Positions 50,501 through 64,000 of a stretch of 64,000 bases of DNA are shown in pieces. The notes beneath the pieces were generated by a model that did not search any database, was not told the origin of the DNA, and saw nothing but the letters and a program-made list of their open reading frames with translations. Source of the stretch: Leptogorgia sarmentosa (taxonomy: Eukaryota); assembly GCA_964658305.1 (NCBI GenBank), contig OZ210884.1, positions 6,076,001-6,140,000 on the forward strand, given 5' to 3'. Position 1 is the first letter of the stretch; each line of letters opens with the position of its first letter. The position numbers were made by a program, and so were the translations under genes.

Positions 50501-53500
50501 ATGTTTTTCAGTAAAAACCGAATTGTTCTGGGGGCCACTTTTTTTTGTCCACCCCCCCCTGTATATTTTGAAATTCTCACGTATCACAAAAGACAAGGAT
50601 TTACCTGATTGTTCAATAACCACATGAGGTAGTCGCAGTTGTCTTGTTATACAGTACATTTGAGTTGGAGAAAATGTGAAAACACCACCGCTTGCGAGAA
50701 TACTTCGTCCTTCAAACACATCAAAAATCACAGTATAAGTAACACGAAAGTTTGTAAAAAAATAAATATAGATCAATGTTATAATCAAAGGAATTAGTGA
50801 CATGTTTCACAACATAAGACTGATGTTTTAGGACAACAGAAGACTGCTAAGACTGATGTTATCAATTAATCATTTTACAAAATTTCGTTCAGAAACAAAA
50901 TTTGACAGCTCACCTTCATTTTCCAAAACTTTAGCCAGCTGTCTGGTGACACACAGAACATCCTATTGAGTTAGAAAACAACAGAGTGATCTGGCATGCT
51001 TACTCCAAATCATTTATCACAAATTTAGGCTGCCGTAGTCCAGCATAATACAAAGTTTTTTGACAATGACTGCATGTAAACACGTCGGTTTGCAAATAAG
51101 AAGTTTCACCATTATAAAATTTATTAAAGTAAAAAGCGTCATATTGATGCCTACATGAGTTTGAACATTCAGAAACTGGAACAGTTCTTCAGACTCAGCT
51201 ATATCGTGATGACTAAAGAAAAAAATATGAAAGTTGATAAGTAAAGAAAGTCATATTCTTAGATTCCAAGAACGCTACTGTGTTTTTTTCGGATATAACC
51301 TTTTTAAAAAAGTAATCGCGATCTATATACTAGTGTGACGTTTTTTTTTAAAGCAAACGTATTAATTGCCCCTCATGCGATAATTCCAAAAATCTTATTG
51401 CTATATACCAATGTGAAGTGATGCGTCTGGGGGGACAGTGATTGTGTCAGATTTTAACCACAATGTTCATCTACCTGTTGATAAGCCGCTGAAGATAATG
51501 TTCCAGAGCATTTCTTCGTTTCTCAAGATGAGTCAAGGACATATTTGAAAATAATTTCTTCGTGGGCAACATATCAGTCGGTATATGATACTGCTTGACC
51601 AACTATACATGGTAAAAAAGAAAAATTCAGCTTATTGAAATAAATGTATATAAACAATTATTAGTTAAAGATGATGACAAATAATGTAATAGAAATTTAT
51701 TATAAATATATGGCTGAAATAAATGCCGCACGCTGATTGGTTGATTAGCGGTCAAGAAAGCGCACTTAGAGACTGGGGCGTACTATTGGACAGGTCTGCT
51801 TTCGAAAAGGCCTGTTTGAACCGAAGATTTTTGCGGCAAATTTGGGTGCGATTTTGTCTCTTTAAACGAGGTGAAGGAGTTGATCAGTTATAAATATTCC
51901 CTTAGTATGAAATCTCGTTAAACTTAAATTAAATTAAATTCGTATAGGAGAAATCTCCGTTTCTTCTACTGAAATAAATACACAATGTGAAATATTACTC
52001 ACGTTAATGTGGAGAGAATGGAATTCACGATAACGTCGAAGGATAAACCAATGATTTGATTGTGTCATTACATCAATCTTATAAAGCTGAAAATAGAAAT
52101 GAGTCAGTTCAAGTCGCTTCAATATTATACAGATCTTAAGGCTGATTGCCATTCAGTGCAAAATTTCGCGCGATCGATTTTAACCAACGCTTTCTTCTGA
52201 AATTTCTTCAATCACCCAAAGCTAATGAGATTCGTTCTGTTTGGCTGCTTGAATATCGAAAGAAAACGACCGCTCAAAGTCAATCGCGCGACATTCTACC
52301 CTGAATGGAAATCTGCCTTTATAAGGCCACATTCCAGTTACGTGTTTTCATAGGCGTACGAGGCGGGGGGGCTGGGGGGGGGCTGCAGCCCCCCCAGATT
52401 GGATTAAATGGACAATTTTTGGGCAATATATATAGGTATTTTGGGCAATATATTTAAATATTCCGGTTTTTCGGGCAATATGTTTAAAAAAGGTAATATA
52501 ACAAAATCTTTAATGGGATAACAGCTATTTCTACTGGTACGCAGCGGAAAAAAATTTGGCGAGCGGGGGGGGGGGTTGATTTTAATAACTTTAGCAATCA
52601 CCGTTAGCGCGTCTGAAAAATTTTTCGGGCAATTTGTTCAGCCCCCCCAAATAATTTTGTCCCGTACGCCTATGCGTGTTTTCACACGTACGTGTACGCA
52701 CGTAAAAGCCCAAATCCCTCTGTATTTCATTTTATTAATAGAAAGATGAAACACATACTACAGTACATCATTCAAAGTATGAGGTGCTTTACATTTATTC
52801 ATGTGATTGTGTAGAAACTAAGGTTAAAATCAATTTCAATTTTCACGTGCGTACACATACTGTATGTATGAAAAACGCGTAACTGCAAAGCAGCATTTTG
52901 TATTCTTTATATATATGGGTAGCCGGAACCATATTGCTGCCGGATATTTGTTGTTCTTGTCCAAAATGGGCTGAGGCCGAAGGGAAATTGTTATATGCGA
53001 TATGACCATGTAATAAATGGCCTCCTGTGTTGGCAAAATTTTGCTAAAATTGTGCAGGCGATACAGTTTTAATTGAATTAAAAACGTGTAAATAATGTTT
53101 TCCTGATGATCTTAATACACGGAAAAGGACTGGAACTACCTGTCAGATAGAAATCAAATGGGAGTTAGCGTTCCAGATCTATTAGAGTTCACTGGTTTTG
53201 ATAGACGTGAAGTGGAAATCAATGCGCCACTATAGTAATACAAAAATATACAAAATTCGCAAGCTTCACATGACTGTATTTCCGACATTTTACGATATTT
53301 TGTAACCGAACTTCACAATTTCACTACATTTATGATGCTCCTTCCAGCAGTGCTAATGAATTTCCTAGTTCGAAAGTTTGTCTAAAAGTGGAGAGGTCTG
53401 TTCGGGCTGAAATCACGCGCGTGACTACAAAGTTACTCACGTTTCACAGGGGCTGGGTTTTGTACTTAAATTTGCTTGATATTATTTGTGGAATATTATT

Positions 53501-55279
53501 TATTATGGCTTAATAGTTTAACCTACTTTATCTTTTGTTTTCAAGCACAAAATATTGCTCAGATGGTCATGCAAGAATATAAATGACACCTGTTTACAAA
53601 TATCAATTTGTTTTCATGTTTTGTTCATTTGCCATAATCATGCTGAAAGCTGATTGGTTGTTTTGGTTCAGTTCTTGAATCTAATTGGTTGCATAAAAAA
53701 GTGTGCCACACGGTCCCGCTTCGCGAGATCGTGAATTTTGTAGTCGCAAGTTTAATTCAGACCAAAATTTCACGAAACGCAGTGCAGTTTCCACTTTATT
53801 GTACTCATTTTGAAATCTAAAAGATATCTTGCAAAGCGGAAGTGTTTTGGTTTGCGAAAGATAGCAACACTTGCAAAATGAACTTACTAAGTTGTGAATG
53901 TATTGTATTTTAAGCGTGTTAAATGCAAATGAAAAGAAACGATACATAAATATTAATAGTCAACACAAGTAAGTTTAGTGTATTATATGTTTACGAGTCA
54001 TTTGGTGCGGTTTTGTGATTCAAAAATCGATAAATGAAGTGAAGAATTTTTGCTTGATGCTTGCAGTTATGTCATTCCTTTGGTCGCATTTTGACCATGC
54101 TTTATACGAGATTGTCTTCTTAAATTTGCTCTTGATTATTTGTGAAATATTACTATATACAATTGCTTGATAGTTTATCCTTTAATTGTTTTTAAGCACA
54201 AATTAGTATTGCTCGAACAGTCATTTTGAAGTGAAACGATGTAAATAATTTATTTTCATGTTTTGCTTATTGATCAGCCATCTCATATTTTGCTTAAACT
54301 TGATTGGCTGTTTGATCTCCATAAGTAGGTGTGATTGGTTGGTCAAAGTCAGTACTTGAATAGGATTGGTGGTTAAAAATGATGCAATTGGTACAGCTCA
54401 TGCTGATGTGAGAAAATCTGAGAGTAGTGCCAGTAGTTGTAATACTTTTGACAAATCAGATTGCTCGAATTGTGCATCATTTCAAAATAAAATATATAAT
54501 AAATATGGTAATTGCCTTTGTTGTACGTGCATCTGTGCTCATGACTTTCTTTCAAAAGGGAGGATCTGGATGCCAACCTTTATATTTTTCTCATGGGCTC
54601 AAAGACCACTTTGGTCTCTAAATGTTTGTAGTTTTCAGTTTCAATTTTTCAATTTGTCCAAACTAACGGTTGTGATATGACGATCGATAATCATAATTTG
54701 AATAAAACTGTGGGATCATTTGTAGTATTTTAGGTGTCTGCAAAATCTGTGCCAGACTTGTCCAAAAAACATGAAATTCTGGTTTGAAGACCTTGTGTTT
54801 ATAGTATAAACCCAATGCATTTCTTCATAGATGATGATCAATGATAGATGATTCCTTGATATTTTTTTTTCATTTCCTTGACTCAGTTTAAGTCAGCTAT
54901 ATCACAACAACAAAAATCTCTTGACAACATCTATGACAAGAGATCCATTGATTCGCTAACATTATGACAAACAAGAAAAAAATCATTCTCTAATAAAATA
55001 CCAAATATGGATACGCTATATTGCACAGTCATGTAAAATGATCTTTAGATGATATAATTCACAAAGATAAAACTTGCTGTAAAATCGATAATCCAAGCAA
55101 CTTACTGCATGAGGTGAAGGTAAATCTCTCTTCCATACTTCACGTATTACAATATGTTTTATCCTTGTTCTAGATAAACCACTATCAACATCACCACTAG
55201 ACGAGGTTCGAGTTAATCGACGTTCATTTCGCCATACAGTGCTGCCTGCTGGAGGCAAATATGACCTCAATGACGCCAT
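44587..55279 (-). CDS. NISCH: Nischarin-like PX + LRR protein with low-complexity tail, 17 coding exons
   Basis: GT-AG exons: 55279-55106, 52086-52003, 51602-51475, 51212-51155, 50962-50914, 50709-50605, 50062-49890, 49562-49467, 49100-49065, 48941-48874, 48337-48235, 47745-47629, 47544-47487, 47106-46990, 46806-46742, 46582-46544, 46176-44587. PX motifs RRYREFHSLH, LPTKK, RRNALEHYLQ; nischarin-like VDLGYLYGF..LKNLCVSG..FDISLFKSL..SMKEFLV; LRRs (LDLSHNEF, LNLSHNNI, LDVRHNQI, LALTGNP). Confidence 0.82.
45012..45310 (-). repeat. Coding 21-bp minisatellite (QDDTSSV, about 13 units)
   Basis: Tandem CAGGATGACACGAGTTCTGTT units in the last exon of the nischarin-like gene. Confidence 0.92.
50311..50563. 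mobile_element. Tc1/mariner MITE with ~45-bp TIRs and TA TSD
   Basis: TA-CAGAGGGTGGACAAAAAAAAGTGGCCCCCAGAACAATTCGGTTT versus AAACCGAATTGTTCTGGGGGCCACTTTTTTTTGTCCACCCCCCCCTG-TA. Confidence 0.8.
52140..52317. mobile_element. Degenerate Harbinger-like MITE
   Basis: GGCTGATTGCCATTCAGTGCAAAATTTCGCGCGAT mirrored imperfectly by ATCGCGCGACATTCTACCCTGAATGGAAATCTGCC. Confidence 0.55.
52349..52674. mobile_element. hAT-like MITE (same family as 39799-40143) with 8-bp TSD CGTGTTTT
   Basis: TIR CATAGGCGTACG / CGTACGCCTATG; CGTGTTTT at 52341-52348 and 52675-52682; shared internal TTCGGGCAATAT motifs and poly-G tracts. Confidence 0.9.
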
Positions 55280-56289
55280 TCCTTAATAAATACAACTATC
55301 AAACCATCTATTTCTCTTTTCTATTTGCCCACAATGCTTCAACCCAAGGCAAATATCAACGAAATACCTCTTACAAAAATGTCATAGAAATCTCCATCTT
55401 GTATTGTTTACGTTGTTAGAAAAGATCTTCCTCCCAACCTCCCCCCGTCCGCCACACCCCCCCCCCACCTGGTATTTGCAATAAAATATATATAAAATTC
55501 CTCGACGCGAACTTTAAAATTCCTTCCCACCAATTACTTTGACGTATAGAAGATCCAAAGACAGTGAAACATGAGATGTGAGCAGGGAGCCATGTGAAAA
55601 TGATTTTGCTACAAAAGTTATTAGTTTTGGTGACGAAAATTGGGATCACTTTCTATATAACATTGCCCCGAAAGCATAATGATCAAGATATAGCCATGTG
55701 GTCAATCAATAGGGTTGGCGCCGTCACGATTTTGGGTCGAGATTAGAGATTGAGTTTCTGGCACATAGAAATCGAGCCACAGATATGAGATTTATCCAAA
55801 TCAGTTAATTCGCTATACTGTGTAAAATGCTCAAGAGAAAGTACGTGGTATCATTTTTTCGAAATTTTTCTTTTGTCGACCATATATTTGAATTGACAAA
55901 GTTAAAGATAGCTTTGAATCTGCCCGCAACTCCAATTGATGAAGAAATATCGACCAAAATTATCTATAGAAATTAAAAGACAACCGAAATACAGAGACGT
56001 CAAGAAAGGCTGGAAAACAGTTTGGGGGCTGTCTATGACAAGAAATGAAATCAACAGGAATAAGACAGGTTTTTTAGGCTTTTCCACGCGGCGTGGCCCA
56101 CGCCGAAGCTAGAAAGCAGAGGTTTGTTATCAGGTTGAAGCGGTGGATAAAAAACAAATCTATGAAAATCCAAACAGCAGTTATGCATACGTACTGAGTT
56201 GTTAAAATTTACAATTGCTCAGTGATAACAGAAAATTGCACTTCCACCATTAACCTGAACACGTGGCAATTTCGTATTCCCAGAAACGT

Positions 56290-56870
56290 ACCCATGGGTG
56301 CAGATATGAACGGTCATCATACCAAATATAGCGAGATAGTTCTTTATTGTGCAGTGTACTAAAATCTGGTAAACAAGACTATTTAGTCGAACAGAGTGCC
56401 AATGCAAATAAGAAAAATGAAAAAAAAGAGACGGTTATTCGCAGTACTTGTATCTGGCAATCGTGAAATTGGAGCTGATGCAGCAAGTGAAATGGGGAAA
56501 CAATTCTGCACAGTGCTACCAGATCTGTTAAACAAGACGTTGTCAAATGTATAGTTGAATATGGAGTTGATATAAATATAAACAAGATAAATTCGGTGCA
56601 TGAGTCTTCCAATTACTGGGAAGTATGGTGAACAAGACGCACATTGTCAAATATTTGAGCAAGGAAGTGATGTAAATATTGAAAATCAGGACGACGCCTT
56701 CACAGCGCCTTAAAATCTGGTAAATTAGACATTGGAAAATATTCAGTATTTAAACATGGAGCTGAAGCAAATAGGGAGGTTGTACAGTGTGAGATTTTAC
56801 ACAATGTTGTGAAATCTGGTGAGCAAGAGCTGCAAGACATTCCCAAGTTATTAATTGACTATGTTCCATC
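56290..56870 (+). pseudogene. Decayed ankyrin-repeat coding sequence
   Basis: Fragments in shifting frames: MGADMN, EYGVDINI, EQGSDVNIENQD, LHSALKSGKLDI, KHGAEAN, ILHNVVKSG; many frameshifts. Confidence 0.6.
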
Positions 56871-57204
56871 CAATGTATTAAGGAAGCCGGGCGTTAAGAC
56901 GCGCGTGGAGGAGCAAAGGGTGTGCGAGTCAAATGTCTCCACGCGTCACGCGTGTGTCCACATGACCGTGAAATTCTCTTGAGAAAGCGTCTGGGAATAG
57001 TCTGTACAAACTACAAAGCACGTATTTGAAATTGTGGACCATCTAATAAATATTTTGTTTGCATGAGTTTGTACAGATCAAGGAGAGGAGTGCAGTTCCT
57101 TATTGCGCGAAGCTCTATTATTTCATTTCAACACCTGAGGACATTGGCTGTGACAGCATTTACAAAAAGTATACGTGTCTATTCCATTATTGTCACCGTT
57201 GAAG

Positions 57205-57672
57205 TATCCAATGTAGCTAAAATAGCTGAGCCAAATTAGCCAGGCAGCCAACCTAGCCAAATTAGTAGTGATAACCAAATTTATCAGTCAGTCAATGTAG
57301 CTAAATTAGCCAGTTAGCCATTGTACCTGAATTAGCTGGGTAGCCAATGTACCTGAATTAGGTGGGTAGCAATTTAACCAGGCAGCGCCAATGTACTCAA
57401 ATTAGCAAGTTAGCCAATGTACCCGAATTAACTGGGTAGCTGATGTAGCCAGGCAGTGCCAATGTACCCAAATTAGCCGGGTAGCCAGAGTGGGCAAATT
57501 AACCAGTTAGCCAATGTACCCAGATTAGCCGGGTAGCCAGAGTGGGCAAATTAACCAGTTAGCCAATGAACCCAAATTAGCTGGGCAGCCAATTTAGCCA
57601 GGCAGCACCAATGTACCAGGCAACCAATTTAGCCAAATTAGTCGGGTAGGTAGCTAATGTAGCCAAATTAGG
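57205..57672 (+). repeat. Degenerate minisatellite (AGCCAATGTA.C.AAATTAGC...)
   Basis: Recurring CCAATGTA / AAATTAGC / GGGTAG / AGGCAG blocks with an internal near-exact ~52-bp duplication. Confidence 0.8.
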
Positions 57673-58129
57673 CACTTGCTGCTGTCCTGTTTCAACTGTT
57701 TGCATACATCAATGAAAATTGAAAGAAGAAGGGAAGAAAGAGAAGTGATAGGATAATATGTAGATTTTTATCAGTTAATTTCTACAATTGATATTGTATT
57801 GATTTTATACTTGAACAACTGAACTACCATCAGTTGTGTCTAATTAATTAATGTTACTTAGCTTGTAAAATGATAAAAAAAACTAGTGCACCACTCATTG
57901 GGTGAAAGGGTTTGGTTAAAAAATTATATAACTGAAGAGCATGTTGAAATCCATTTTCAATTTGAGATTCTTATGCCTAAATATTTTAATACAATGAGGA
58001 CAACATTGAGGACATGGGTACTTAACATCATTATGCATTATGCTCACAATCTGCACTGTACCTGTCATACTTTATGTACAGTTAGATTGAATATTAATAT
58101 TTTAATGTTGTATAGATAATCACAGAAAT

Positions 58130-64000
<5,871 letters not shown>

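Overview
AT-rich, intron-containing animal genomic DNA; the gene and repeat style suggests a cnidarian (inference). Left to right: the end of an unidentified gene (+, <2-1294); a complete 17-exon LRP5/6 (arrow) Wnt co-receptor (-, 2706-17327); a ~10.4 kb/11.4 kb tandem duplication (18254-28680, 28996-40383); an intronless class-A GPCR (+); a 17-exon nischarin-like PX-LRR gene with an atypical heptad-repeat tail (-); a decayed ankyrin-repeat remnant; and an AKR7-like aldo-keto reductase (+) running off the window. Each duplication unit carries an intronless ~4.1 kb gene encoding a DZIP3-type HEPN domain, coiled coil, NACHT/STAND NTPase and predicted beta-propeller. This pair is the most notable system: it looks like an NLR-like receptor with a putative RNase effector, whose C-terminal sensor regions are visibly more diverged than neighbouring non-coding DNA. 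Also present: a Penelope GIY-YIG remnant, three Penelope-type minimal hammerhead ribozyme motifs, many MITEs (one with a visible empty site), a TTAA-flanked Kolobok-like element with a Cys-rich KolX/P2X7-ballast-like remnant, and a 26-bp satellite. All calls were made by eye; no searches were run.
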